Of a stretch of 64,000 bases of DNA, positions 53,731 to 63,705 are shown piece by piece. Each line of letters starts with the position of its first letter. The first letter of the stretch is position 1. The stretch comes from an uncultured delta proteobacterium. Lineage in GTDB: Bacteria; Desulfobacterota; Binatia; Binatales; Binataceae. The stretch spans positions 288,001 through 352,000 of the forward strand of contig CAVQEQ010000004.1 of assembly GCA_963711565.1 (NCBI GenBank). Direction: 5' to 3'. The position numbers and the translations under genes are program-made. The notes beneath the pieces were generated by a model. It had not been told where the DNA came from and ran no database searches. It worked only from the letters and a program-made list of their open reading frames with translations.

Positions 53731-54684
53731 ATGACGCGCAAGGCTGTTATCGGGATGGTTCGCGCGGCCGCGTTGGCGGGGGCGTTCTTCCTTGCCGGCG
53801 GCGCCATACCGCTACTCGGCGGCATCCTGATGATGCTCGCGCCCGCGCCAATCATCATCTACGCCGTCGGTCGTCCGAGCTCCAACGCGCGCGCGATTAT
53901 CGCCGTGCTGCTCGCAACCGCGTTCGTGACGCTACTGTGGGGATCCTTGGGCGGACTGGCCTACTTCGTGTCGTTCGGCCTCGCGACCGCAATCGCGTGC
54001 TACATGCTCGAGCGCCGTTCGTCCTTCGAGATGATCACTGCGGTCGGCGCCGGCGTGATGGTCGCGGTTTCGGTGGTGGCGATGCTCGTGATCGTGGGCG
54101 GGCCGGACGCGCTTATCAAGTCCGTCCACGGCGCTCTTACGCAGATGATGGCGCGGGGGCAGGACTTCAACAAACTTCTTGGGATGCCGGTGATTCCGGC
54201 TGACACGCAGGCCAGCGTCATCGCGCTCACGATGCAACTATCGCCGGCGTTCGCGCTGCTGCTCGCCGCGAGCGCGATGCTGCTCAACCTGCGCGTGTTC
54301 TGGCGATGGGCCGGGCCGCAGCGGCTGGCGTACAACCTGTTTGGCGATCTTTCGCGATGGTCGGCGCCGGAATGGATGGTGTGGCTGTTGCTCGCGGGCG
54401 GGTTCGGGCTGTTCATCCCGGTTTCGGCGATCAGCTCGATCGCGCTGAACGGCTTCATCTGTATCGCCGCAATCTATTTTTGCCAGGGACTCGCAATCAT
54501 CGGATTCTATTTTCAGTCGCTCGCGGTCCCGTCGATCGTGCGCGGCATAATCTATTTCGTCGTGTTCGCGCAGCCGTTTGTGGCTGCGCTCGTATGCACC
54601 GCGGGCGTCTTCGATATGTGGATCGACTTCCGGCGGCTCAAGCCCCCGAGCCCCGAAGCGAACAACCTTGGCGATTTCTTCTAG
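53731..54684 (+). CDS. DUF2232 (YybS) membrane protein
   Basis: Many TMs, YFCQGLAI, GVFDMWIDFR; between rpsR and rplI. Confidence 0.85.
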   Translation: MTRKAVIGMVRAAALAGAFFLAGGAIPLLGGILMMLAPAPIIIYAVGRPSSNARAIIAVLLATAFVTLLWGSLGGLAYFVSFGLATAIACYMLERRSSFEMITAVGAGVMVAVSVVAMLVIVGGPDALIKSVHGALTQMMARGQDFNKLLGMPVIPADTQASVIALTMQLSPAFALLLAASAMLLNLRVFWRWAGPQRLAYNLFGDLSRWSAPEWMVWLLLAGGFGLFIPVSAISSIALNGFICIAAIYFCQGLAIIGFYFQSLAVPSIVRGIIYFVVFAQPFVAALVCTAGVFDMWIDFRRLKPPSPEANNLGDFF

Positions 54685-54731
54685 GAGCGGGGCGGTAACA
54701 CTTCGGTCAAGACAACGAGGCGGCATAAAAA

Positions 54732-55187
54732 ATGAACGTGCAAGTCATACTCAACGAGGATCTTCCCAACCTGGGAAGGACCGGCGACGTGGTCAAGGTC
54801 CGCGCCGGTTACGCGCGCAACTACCTGTTGCCGCGCAAGCTCGCGGTCGAGGCGGATCAGAAAAATATCCGCGCCTTCGAGCATCAGAAGCGCACCGCCG
54901 CGCGCAGGCGCGAGATCAAGCGCACCGACGCGCTCTCCGTCAAGGCTAAAATCGAGGCGCTCGCGCTGACCCTCCATGCCCGCGCCGGCGAGGAGGGCAA
55001 GCTCTTCGGCTCCGTGACCAATATCGATCTCGAACGCGCGCTCCGCGAGAACGGTCTCGACATCGAGCGCCGCAAAATTCACCTGCCCGAGCCCATCAAG
55101 CAGCTCGGAGATTTCACGGTGCCGGTCAAGCTCGATTCCGAGGTTGAAGCCAGCTTGAAGATTACCGTCGCGGCGCAAGCCGAATGA
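54732..55187 (+). CDS. rplI: 50S ribosomal protein L9
   Basis: GYARNYLLP, GKLFGSVT, PIKQLG. Confidence 0.97.
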   Translation: MNVQVILNEDLPNLGRTGDVVKVRAGYARNYLLPRKLAVEADQKNIRAFEHQKRTAARRREIKRTDALSVKAKIEALALTLHARAGEEGKLFGSVTNIDLERALRENGLDIERRKIHLPEPIKQLGDFTVPVKLDSEVEASLKITVAAQAE

Positions 55188-55191
55188 GGAC

Positions 55192-55842
55192 TTGCCCGAT
55201 ATGATCAAACTCTACGACTTCCTTTCCTGCCCCTACGGCCAGAAGGTCCGCATCGTGCTCGCCGAAAAGGCCCTGACCTACGACCTGGTCCCGGTCGATT
55301 TGACCCAGCACGAAAATCGCAAGCCCGACTTCGTGCGGCTCAACCCGTTCGGACGCGTGCCGGTGCTGGTCGACGACGACACGACGATTTACGACTCGAC
55401 CATCATCAACGAGTACCTCGACGACGAGTACCCCGAGCCGCCCGTGCTGCCGCCGGTGGGCTCCAGTGCGCTTCGCTCCCGCGCGCGCTCGTTCGAGGAT
55501 TTCGCCGATACGTCCTTCACCCCGCCGGTCGGCCAGCTAATCGCCGAAGTCTCCAAGCCCGAAGGCGACCGCGATCAGTCTCGCGTGCAGCGGCTCCATC
55601 AGTCGGTCGAGCGCGTGCTCGACTACCTGAACCATGAATTGCAGGGCAACAATTTTCTGGCCGGCGAGTTCTCGGTCGCCGACATCGGTTTTGCGCCGCG
55701 GATGCTGATCCTGAACGAGATCGGGATCGACGTGCTCGGCAACAACCGCAACAACATCGACGCATGGATCAAGCGGATGATGGAGCGCCCGAGCATCCGC
55801 AACCTGCAAGGCGTCGCCGCCGTCCCCGTAGCCGGCGGCTGA
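55192..55842 (+). CDS. glutathione S-transferase family (SspA-like)
   Basis: CPY, LNPFGRVPVL, DSTIINEYLD, FSVADI. Confidence 0.9.
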   Translation: MPDMIKLYDFLSCPYGQKVRIVLAEKALTYDLVPVDLTQHENRKPDFVRLNPFGRVPVLVDDDTTIYDSTIINEYLDDEYPEPPVLPPVGSSALRSRARSFEDFADTSFTPPVGQLIAEVSKPEGDRDQSRVQRLHQSVERVLDYLNHELQGNNFLAGEFSVADIGFAPRMLILNEIGIDVLGNNRNNIDAWIKRMMERPSIRNLQGVAAVPVAGG

Positions 55843-55874
55843 TAGCGAATCCCGACAATTCTTGTAGCTCAAAA

Positions 55875-55910
55875 ACGCGCGCGCCGTCCGGTTTCCCGGA
55901 CGGCGCGCGT
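55875..55910. terminator. GC-rich hairpin between convergent genes
   Basis: CGCGCGCCGTCCGG-TTTC-CCGGACGGCGCGCG with A run on left. Confidence 0.65.
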
Positions 55911-55971
55911 CGTAATGATGAGGCTGCGAATCTGGTGACGGCCGACCTAGATTAAATGATCCGCGGACACG

Positions 55972-56271
55972 TTAATAGCGGGAATCCGCTCCCATTTCGT
56001 CGTCCTCGCTACGCGCCGGTCCAACCCCGGTCGGACGGAACAGCAGCTTGGCGGCGAAGAGTTTCTCGCTGATGCGTCCCTGGGATTTCAGTTGGCCGCC
56101 ATGACGCTTGCAGTGCGGACACGGCATCGTACCGCCGAGCAGGCTCGCGTTCTGTGGCGTTATCCTGAGGTCGAACTTGAACCCGCAGCCGGGATTCTGA
56201 CAAATCGTGCGGTAAACAATTCCCTGGCTACTGGTGGTTTTGGATTCGTTTCTGCTGACCGCTGTTTGCAT
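55972..56271 (-). CDS. small zinc-ribbon hypothetical protein
   Basis: CQNPGC...CPHC; GAGGAG RBS before ATG 56271. Confidence 0.7.
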   Translation of the reverse strand: MQTAVSRNESKTTSSQGIVYRTICQNPGCGFKFDLRITPQNASLLGGTMPCPHCKRHGGQLKSQGRISEKLFAAKLLFRPTGVGPARSEDDEMGADSRY

Positions 56272-56648
56272 TTTCTTTCTCCTCACTCGCGCCGTGACGC
56301 GAGAGGCTCGCTTTCGGTTTAAGATAATCATTCCTAGCCACTTAGACGTAAGAACTTCGTTGAAGTTTCAAGCAAATCATGTGCCTCAGGCGACAATTGG
56401 CGGCAGGCTGTAAAATCGAGTAAAATCAAGCCAAATTCGGCGCGTCGCTGTCTCCTTGATATGACTGACTATTGCCACTACCCGGAAATTCCTGCGGCAT
56501 TTGCCACATTCCAAATGTTTTCACGAAAAAATGCTGCATCCCGGCACCCGACCGCTATGCTTTCGATGGTCGCGCGAGACACTTATACTTGCCGGGCTGA
56601 TTTTGCCGAGGCTGGCAGCGAAATGACGATCCGAGTCCGTTTGCCCAA

Positions 56649-57884
56649 ATGAGAACGCTGGCGCTAGTGATGGCCGGGGGACAGGGAACCCGGCTGCATC
56701 CGCTGACTAGGGATCGCGCCAAACCCGCGGTCCCGTTCGGCGGCAAATACCGCATCATCGACTTCGTTCTCTCCAACCTTGTCAATTCCGGCATCTACGC
56801 GATCTACGTGCTCGTGCAATGGCGCTCGCAATCGCTGATCGAGCATCTCAAGGACGGATGGCAATTCGGCGGGATGCTGCCCGATCATTTCGTCATCCCT
56901 GTGCCGGCGCAGATGCGGATGGGCGAGCTGTGGTACCAGGGCACGGCGGACGCGATTTTTCAGAATCTCAATCTTATAGACGACACCAAGCCGGACCTGG
57001 TCGCGGTCTTCGGTGCAGACCATATCTACCGGATGGACATCCAGCAGATGATCGAGTTTCACATGGAGCGCAAGGCGGCCGTCACAGTCGCGACCCTGCC
57101 GGTGTCGGTCGAAGAAGCGAATCAATTCGGGATAGTGCAAGTCGATTCGGGCCTGCGGGTCTCGAACTTCGTCGAGAAGCCCGACAATCCGCCGCAGATG
57201 CCCGGTGCGCCGGGACGTTCGCTGGCCTCGATGGGCAATTACCTGTTCAATCCCGAAGTCCTGCGCGAGGCGCTCATCGAAGACTCGATTCGCGAAAACA
57301 GCAATCACGATTTCGGCCGCGACCTGATTCCGGCGCTGATCAACCGCGTGCCGGTGTACGCGTACAACTTCATGACCAATCGGATTCGCGGCGACGCCGA
57401 GGTAAATCTCAGCTACTGGCGCGACGTCGGGACGCTCGACGCGTACTACGAGGCCAACATGGATCTGCGCGACGCGCGCCCGCATCTGAACCTGTACAAT
57501 GCGTACTGGCCGCTGCGCACCGCGTATTACGATCAGCCGCCGGCGAAATTCGTGTTCGACGAGAACGGGCGGCGCGGACTGGCGCTGCATTCGGTGATCG
57601 GCGAGGGATGCATCGTGTCGGGCGGCGCGATTCGCAACTCGGTGCTCGGGCGCTCGGTGACTGTGCATTCGTACAGCCTGGTCGAAGATTCGGTCATCAT
57701 GGACTACGCGGAAATCGGGCGGCACGCGAAAGTCCGCCGCGCGATTATCGACAAGAATGTCTATGTTCCCGAGGGCGAAGAGATAGGATATGACCTCGAA
57801 CGCGACCGTCAGCGATTTTTCGTCACCGACTCGGGCCTCGTGGTGATTCCCAAGGGCCCCAAGCGCGAACGCTCGGTAGTCTAG
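56649..57884 (+). CDS. glgC: glucose-1-phosphate adenylyltransferase
   Basis: AGGQGTRL, RAKPAVPFGG, WYQGTAD, YWRDVGT. Confidence 0.96.
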   Translation: MRTLALVMAGGQGTRLHPLTRDRAKPAVPFGGKYRIIDFVLSNLVNSGIYAIYVLVQWRSQSLIEHLKDGWQFGGMLPDHFVIPVPAQMRMGELWYQGTADAIFQNLNLIDDTKPDLVAVFGADHIYRMDIQQMIEFHMERKAAVTVATLPVSVEEANQFGIVQVDSGLRVSNFVEKPDNPPQMPGAPGRSLASMGNYLFNPEVLREALIEDSIRENSNHDFGRDLIPALINRVPVYAYNFMTNRIRGDAEVNLSYWRDVGTLDAYYEANMDLRDARPHLNLYNAYWPLRTAYYDQPPAKFVFDENGRRGLALHSVIGEGCIVSGGAIRNSVLGRSVTVHSYSLVEDSVIMDYAEIGRHAKVRRAIIDKNVYVPEGEEIGYDLERDRQRFFVTDSGLVVIPKGPKRERSVV

Positions 57885-58973
57885 ATGGCACTGGCTTCTC
57901 CGTTGGCAACTCCCAAGCTCAATCCCGAGGCATCTGTTGGTTCGGCTGGCGATGTGTTGAGGCGCAGCGCCGCTCCCGCCGATTCGACGGACGGCAGACC
58001 GGATAAGTCGGACTTTCCGCTCGCGCTCGGCGCGCCGAAGAGCACGCGCATCCGGCTAGGCCCCAAAGATCGATTCGTTTTCTGGATGCTGGTCGCTGTA
58101 CTGCACGCTCTCAGCCTCCTGCCCGACTTCATTCTCTACCAATTGGGAATCGCCTGCGGTTTGATCTTCCATCGCTTCGACCATCGTCACCGGAAAATCG
58201 GAATCCGCAATCTCGAAATCGCGTTCCCCGAAAAGAGCGCCGCCGAGCGCGAGCGCATCCTGCGCGCGTCGTACATCAACCTTGGCCGCACCGGCGCCGA
58301 GTACGTTCGCCTCGGCGGGTTCTTCTACCGCCGGCTGGCGCGCCGCATCACCTACAATCGGCTCAACGTCTGGAACGAACTCACGCCAAGATACCCGGGG
58401 AAGGGCGCGCTGATACTCACAGCGCACTTCGGCGGCTTCGAGCTACTGCCCGCCGGCCACGCACTGCACGGTTTCCAGATCGGCCTCGTTCATCACACGC
58501 AGCGCTTCCTTGCGGGCGACGACCTGGTGTCGTTCATCCGCGAGCGCGCCGGCGTGCAGATAATTCGCAAGCATACGGCGGCGCGCGAGATGCTCCGCTC
58601 GCTCAAACGCGGCGAGATCATCGGCATCCCGCTCGATCAGAACGCGAAGCGGTCAGAAGCCATCTGGGTTCCATTCTTCGGCGAACTAGCCGCAACGCCC
58701 AGCGGCTTTGATCGCCTCGCGATGATGGCCGGCGCTCCAGTTGTCCCCGTCTTCATAGTCCGCCAGCCAGACGGCATCAGCCACGTAATCGAGATTTTCG
58801 AAGAGATTCCTCAACAACGAACCGGCGACCGCAATGCCGACGCGCTGGTAAATACCGCCCGCTATCAAAAAGCCATCGAAGAGATGGTCCGAAAATACCC
58901 CGAGCAATGGCTCTGGACCCATCGGAGATATCGCACCCGCCCAGTAAGAGGCACCCCCTCGCTGTACGACTAG
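57885..58973 (+). CDS. lipid A lauroyl/myristoyl acyltransferase family (LpxL-like); start uncertain
   Basis: TAHFG..E, DQN, PFFG, PEQWLWTHRRY. Confidence 0.88.
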   Translation: MALASPLATPKLNPEASVGSAGDVLRRSAAPADSTDGRPDKSDFPLALGAPKSTRIRLGPKDRFVFWMLVAVLHALSLLPDFILYQLGIACGLIFHRFDHRHRKIGIRNLEIAFPEKSAAERERILRASYINLGRTGAEYVRLGGFFYRRLARRITYNRLNVWNELTPRYPGKGALILTAHFGGFELLPAGHALHGFQIGLVHHTQRFLAGDDLVSFIRERAGVQIIRKHTAAREMLRSLKRGEIIGIPLDQNAKRSEAIWVPFFGELAATPSGFDRLAMMAGAPVVPVFIVRQPDGISHVIEIFEEIPQQRTGDRNADALVNTARYQKAIEEMVRKYPEQWLWTHRRYRTRPVRGTPSLYD

Positions 58974-59003
58974 TTCAGGTCCCCGCCCGAAACGCCGATT
59001 TGG

Positions 59004-59399
59004 CTATTGCGGGAGCCAAGGCTTCTTAAAAATCGCCATCCAATCAAATCCCCAAGTCGGCAAAATGTCTCCGCTGACAGCGCGGAAGAGCATCACATAT
59101 TTGCGCAACGCTTTTTCAAAAAAATCGATGCACTCATCCAATTGCTCAAAAGTCGGAGGTCTTGGAGGGACGGCGCTAAGCCGTCGGATCACCATCGACG
59201 CCCAGGTGGGATAAAGAGCATCTATCCAGGACCAAAAAGTGCTCGGTGAATCGCGGATTTCTGGATTTGCGTCAACCATCGCGTGGACCTCGCGGAAAAC
59301 ATGACGGGCAATCATCAGGTCTTGTATCTCTCGGTACAGGCCCTTGTTGTGGTCGCCGAGCCAATCATTTAGGTCACCAAAACCTTTATCGTCGCTCAC
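59004..59399 (-). pseudogene. lower-GC ORF resembling an internally deleted AbiU2/HEPN-like protein
   Basis: FWSWI..LY....SMVIRRL joined closely to PTFEQLDECID...DWMAIFKKPW; no RxxxxH. Confidence 0.45.
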
Positions 59400-59419
59400 A
59401 ATGAGTCCCAACCTAGTTG

Positions 59420-60301
59420 TCAGATGGCCGCTCGCGGCGCGTCCGCGATCGGCCGGAGCATCGCTAAGATAGCTATCGCGATTACCCACGCGGCGGCGCC
59501 GCCTATTAGCGGGATTGCTCCCCCACCTGCAATCCACCACGGGATCGCGGCGCGGTTCAGAATCATTTTCGGCCACATCTTTGCCCCCAGTACAAATCCG
59601 CAATGTAGGCCGATCGAGAAATACACACTGCCCGTAAGGATATACGCTTCGCCCAGCACTATGCCGAGCAGAAATAGTCCTATCAGTGTGGGGATCGCGA
59701 TCGCCGGATCGGTGAACTGGTCGATACTGTGCGCGAGAGTGACCAATCCCGCCGCAGGCTCGTAGCCGGTTACGTAGAAGCGCGCCGGCGATCGCACCAG
59801 ATGCGCGACGGCGTAGATTACGGCGCTCGCAATCAGGGCGATTCGTTCGCCGAAGTCGCCCCGCATGCCGCCGAGCAGGAACGCGCGGAAGAATGCTTCC
59901 TCGATGAATGCGATCGCTATCGCCGACAGAAAGTATTTCGGAATCAGCGCCGCGGCCGCTTCGTGATCGCCAACGCCGCCGCCTCCAAGGCTCAAAGCGA
60001 GCCCGAATAGAATCGCAATCGCGATGATGGCTACGACGAACCCGCGAATCGCGCGCGCGATACTCGGTGCCGGCGGATGACTGAAACCACGTCTCAACAG
60101 CGAGATCAGATTCAAGTCGCGCGCGCTGAACAGCATCGCAATCAGCAGCGTCGCCATCACGGTTCGATCGAAAATTCGCGGAAACGGGAAGCGCCATCCC
60201 GCGGCCGACACTGCGACTGCGGCGATCGGCCCGAGCATGATCGCGGCGACGATTCCCGCGATCAGCACCAGCACGAATCGCGCCGTGAATGATCGATGCA
60301 C
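59420..60301 (-). CDS. CPBP (Abi/CAAX) intramembrane metalloprotease
   Basis: EEAFFR, YAVAH, IGLH. Confidence 0.88.
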   Translation of the reverse strand: MHRSFTARFVLVLIAGIVAAIMLGPIAAVAVSAAGWRFPFPRIFDRTVMATLLIAMLFSARDLNLISLLRRGFSHPPAPSIARAIRGFVVAIIAIAILFGLALSLGGGGVGDHEAAAALIPKYFLSAIAIAFIEEAFFRAFLLGGMRGDFGERIALIASAVIYAVAHLVRSPARFYVTGYEPAAGLVTLAHSIDQFTDPAIAIPTLIGLFLLGIVLGEAYILTGSVYFSIGLHCGFVLGAKMWPKMILNRAAIPWWIAGGGAIPLIGGAAAWVIAIAILAMLRPIADAPRAAI

Positions 60302-60302
60302 G

Positions 60303-60342
60303 GAACCTAACCCCTAACCCCTTCCCTCGAGGGAAGGGGAAC
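60303..60342 (+). repeat. family E palindrome
   Basis: GAACCTAACCCCTAACCCCTTCCCTCGAGGGAAGGGGAAC. Confidence 0.85.
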
Positions 60343-60432
60343 AATCGCGAAAAAGCGCGGTCCGTCTAACCTTTCCAACAGGGACCCTACGAGTACTCAG
60401 GGCAAACTCCGTCCGCATCTTTTCTTAACACT

Positions 60433-60474
60433 GAGTGCAGGGGTCACCCCTGCTGAAACCCACTGCCGGTTTCA
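60433..60474 (+). repeat. family A + B palindromes
   Basis: GTGCAGGGGTCACCCCTGC directly followed by TGAAACCCACTGCCGGTTTCA. Confidence 0.8.
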
Positions 60475-60492
60475 CGTTAAATCGAGTTTCGT

Positions 60493-61230
60493 TCAGTGCG
60501 GCCGCTCCGGATCCATCTGCGGTTCGAGCGTCACCTCGACCGGGCACGCGCCCGCCGGAGAATTGACGATTTGCATCACGGCGCGGGCGACGTCGACCGT
60601 TGAAAGCATCGCACCGCGATCGAGCCGCTTGTTGTTCGGGATCAGCGGGGTATCGACCAGTCCCGGAACGATCACCGAGAGCTTGAGCCCGCTCAGGCGC
60701 ATCTCGTTGAAGGCCGCGCGGGTGAATGCGATCAGCGCCGCCTTGGTCGCGGCATAAACGGCCTCGCCTGCGGGCGCCTTGATCGCGGCCGACGACGCGA
60801 CGTTGACAATTGTCCCGCTGCCTCGCGGAGTCATCGCGGCGGCGGCCAGGCGCGTGAGTGCGATCGGCGCGCGGAGGTTGACGGCGATCATGCGATCGAC
60901 ATCGGCCGGCCGCATCTTGAGGATCGGCGTGCGCGGCGGCGCCCAGCCGGCGTTGTTGACGAGCACGTCGATACGTCCGTAGCAATCGAGCGCGGCGCCG
61001 ACGAGCAGGTCGGGCGCCTCCTCGGTTGCCAGGTCAACGAGAACAATCAATGCGCGCTCGGGCGCAAGCCCGCTCTGGGAGCGGGTCTCCTCGAGTTCGT
61101 CGCGCGAGCGCGCAGCGAGGCATAGCGAGTAGCCGGCGCGCGCGAGTTCGAGCGCGACCGCGCGACCGATACCGCGGCCGGCGCCGGTGACGATCGCGAC
61201 GCGGCCCGGCGATTTAACCGCGGCGCTCAT
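60493..61230 (-). CDS. short-chain dehydrogenase/reductase
   Basis: TGAGRGIG, NNAG, YAATK. Confidence 0.9.
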   Translation of the reverse strand: MSAAVKSPGRVAIVTGAGRGIGRAVALELARAGYSLCLAARSRDELEETRSQSGLAPERALIVLVDLATEEAPDLLVGAALDCYGRIDVLVNNAGWAPPRTPILKMRPADVDRMIAVNLRAPIALTRLAAAAMTPRGSGTIVNVASSAAIKAPAGEAVYAATKAALIAFTRAAFNEMRLSGLKLSVIVPGLVDTPLIPNNKRLDRGAMLSTVDVARAVMQIVNSPAGACPVEVTLEPQMDPERPH

Positions 61231-61277
61231 TCGCGGCCATCTTGCACTGACGTAATCGCTCGCACAGACTGACGATA

Positions 61278-62633
61278 ATGAATTCGCAAGTGTTCCGCGA
61301 GTACGACATCCGCGGCATCGTCGCCGACGATTTCGACGACGCCTTCGTGGTCGACCTCGGACGCGGCTACGCCACGCTGCTGCATCAGGCTGGGAAAAAA
61401 ACGATCACGCTCGGCCGCGATTGCCGCCTGTCGTCGGACCGCTTGCGCGATCGGCTCGCCGAGGGCCTGCTGGCCGCCGGCATCGACGTGGTTGATATCG
61501 GCGTGGTGCCGACTCCGCTGCTTTATTTTTCGATGCTGAGCTGGAAGATGGACGGCGGCGCGATGATCACCGGCAGCCACAACGCGGCCGAGTACAACGG
61601 CTTCAAGCTCGGCGTCGGCCCGACCACGATTCACGGCGCCGAGATTCAGCGCCTGCGCGAAATAATCGAGCGCCGCGCGTTCGTCACCACCGGCGTGAAA
61701 GGCGTCTTCACCGAGCGCCCGGTGATTCCCGACTACAACGATTTCATCATGTCGCAGTTCAAGCTCACGCCGGGGATGAAGGTAGTCGTCGATGGAGGCA
61801 ACGGATGCGGCGGCGTGATCGCGGCGCCGCTGATGAAGCGGCTCGGGCTCGACACGATTGAGCTCTATACCGAGATGGACGGGCGCTTCCCGAACCATCA
61901 TCCCGACCCGACCGTCGAGGAGAACATGCGCGATCTGGTCGCGGCGGTGAAGAAAAACCGCGCGGCGATCGGTATCGCGTATGACGGCGACGCCGACCGC
62001 GTCGGTGCCGTGGACGAGAACGGAAAGATCGTGTGGGGCGACGAGTTGATGGTGGCGTTCTCGCGCGCGATTCTGCGCGAGCGTCCCGGCGCGACGATTA
62101 TCGGCGAAGTGAAATGCTCGAAGCGGATGTACGACGACATCGCGCGCCACGGCGGCCGCCCGATCATGTGGAAGACCGGGCATTCGCTCATCAAGAGCAA
62201 GTTGAAGGAGGAGCACGCGGCGCTGGCGGGCGAGATGAGCGGGCACATGTTTTTCGCCGACCGCTACTACGGCTTCGACGACGCCATCTACGCCTCGTTC
62301 CGCCTGCTGGAAATTCTGAGCAACGAGGGTCGCGGCCTTGGCGCGATCCTGGCCGATCTTCCCGCGAGTCATATCACGCCGGAGATCCGCGTCGATTGTC
62401 CCGACGATCGCAAATTCGATGTGGTGCGGCGCGCGGCCGAATTTTTCCGCAAGCACTACGAGGTTATCGACATCGACGGCGTGCGCGTGAACTTCGCCGA
62501 CGGATGGGGTCTTGTGCGCGCGTCCAACACGCAGCCAGCGCTGGTCACGCGTTTCGAGGCGACCAGCGAAAAGCGCCTGGCCGAAATCCGCGCGCTGTTC
62601 GAGGGCAAACTGCGCGAACTCGGCGCGATCTGA
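61278..62633 (+). CDS. phosphomannomutase/phosphoglucomutase (AlgC-like)
   Basis: FREYDIRG, TGSHN, DGDADR, GEMSGH. Confidence 0.95.
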   Translation: MNSQVFREYDIRGIVADDFDDAFVVDLGRGYATLLHQAGKKTITLGRDCRLSSDRLRDRLAEGLLAAGIDVVDIGVVPTPLLYFSMLSWKMDGGAMITGSHNAAEYNGFKLGVGPTTIHGAEIQRLREIIERRAFVTTGVKGVFTERPVIPDYNDFIMSQFKLTPGMKVVVDGGNGCGGVIAAPLMKRLGLDTIELYTEMDGRFPNHHPDPTVEENMRDLVAAVKKNRAAIGIAYDGDADRVGAVDENGKIVWGDELMVAFSRAILRERPGATIIGEVKCSKRMYDDIARHGGRPIMWKTGHSLIKSKLKEEHAALAGEMSGHMFFADRYYGFDDAIYASFRLLEILSNEGRGLGAILADLPASHITPEIRVDCPDDRKFDVVRRAAEFFRKHYEVIDIDGVRVNFADGWGLVRASNTQPALVTRFEATSEKRLAEIRALFEGKLRELGAI

Positions 62634-62637
62634 CGCG

Positions 62638-63705
62638 ATGGCTCGACGTTCCGCGCCGGTTCTCGCCTCCGTCCTGATTATCGCCGGCGGCCGTGGCACC
62701 CGCTTCTGGCCGGCGAGCCGCGAAGCGAAGCCCAAGCCTCTCTTTTCGATCGACGGCAAGACCAGCCTGCTCGAGGGCACCATCGCTCGTCACCTGCCGC
62801 TCATCCCGCGCGAGCGAATTTTCGTGCTGGCCGCGGCGGCGCACCAGGCGCCATTTCGCCGCGCGCTACGCGGCCTGATCCCCGCGCGCAATCTGATCGT
62901 CGAGCCCGAGGGCCGCAACACCGCTGTCGCGATCGCATACGGTGCCGCCGTTATCCGGCGTCGCCTCGGCGAAGGAATTATTGCTGCGGTCGCGGCCGAT
63001 CACTACATCACGCCCGCGGCGGGATATCGCCGCACTCTCGCCGACGCGATCCGGCTCGCCAAAACGCGCGACGCGATTGTAGTGATTGGAGTGACGCCGA
63101 CCCGGGCCGAATCCGGTTACGGCTACGAGAAGATCGGCCCGAAGGCGGAAGTCGGATTCAAAGTTGAAAAATTCGTGGAGAAGCCCCCGCCCAAACTTGC
63201 CCGGGCGATGGTGCGATCGGGAAAGTACCTCTGGAACCCCTCGATGTTTATTATGTCCACGCGCACCCTGGCGCACGAATTCGCCGAGCATTGTCCCGCA
63301 CTGGGGATCGCAGCCGAGCGCCTTGCGCGGACGCCGCGCGTCAGGCTCGCGCGTGAATATCACCGCCTCAAGTTCGATTCGTTTGATCGCGTGATCATGG
63401 AAAAGAGCCAAAATGTGTTCGGCGTACCCGCGCGCTTCTCATGGTACGACGTTGGATCCTGGCACGGGCTCTGGGACGCGGTCGGCGGCGCCGATGGCAA
63501 CGTGCTGCGCGGCAAGGCGATCGCGCTCGAGTCCGAACGCGTGCTTGCGCATTCGGATTCGCGCCTGATGGTGCTGTTCGGCGTGCGCGATCTAATCGTC
63601 GTCGATACGGGTGACGCGATCCTGGTGGCGCATCGCGAGCGCTCGCCTCAGGTCGGGGATGTTACCAAAGAGCTCGAGCGCCGGGGATTGCAGCGCTACC
63701 TGTAG
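62638..63705 (+). CDS. manC: mannose-1-phosphate guanylyltransferase
   Basis: AGGRGTRFWP.SR...PK, EPEGRNT, FVEKP, W.DVGSW. Confidence 0.9.
   Translation: MARRSAPVLASVLIIAGGRGTRFWPASREAKPKPLFSIDGKTSLLEGTIARHLPLIPRERIFVLAAAAHQAPFRRALRGLIPARNLIVEPEGRNTAVAIAYGAAVIRRRLGEGIIAAVAADHYITPAAGYRRTLADAIRLAKTRDAIVVIGVTPTRAESGYGYEKIGPKAEVGFKVEKFVEKPPPKLARAMVRSGKYLWNPSMFIMSTRTLAHEFAEHCPALGIAAERLARTPRVRLAREYHRLKFDSFDRVIMEKSQNVFGVPARFSWYDVGSWHGLWDAVGGADGNVLRGKAIALESERVLAHSDSRLMVLFGVRDLIVVDTGDAILVAHRERSPQVGDVTKELERRGLQRYL

Noticed and set aside
59004-60344. 446-aa ORF
   Set aside because: Chimera of repeat E, an alternative frame of the CPBP gene and the short ORF at 59004-59399
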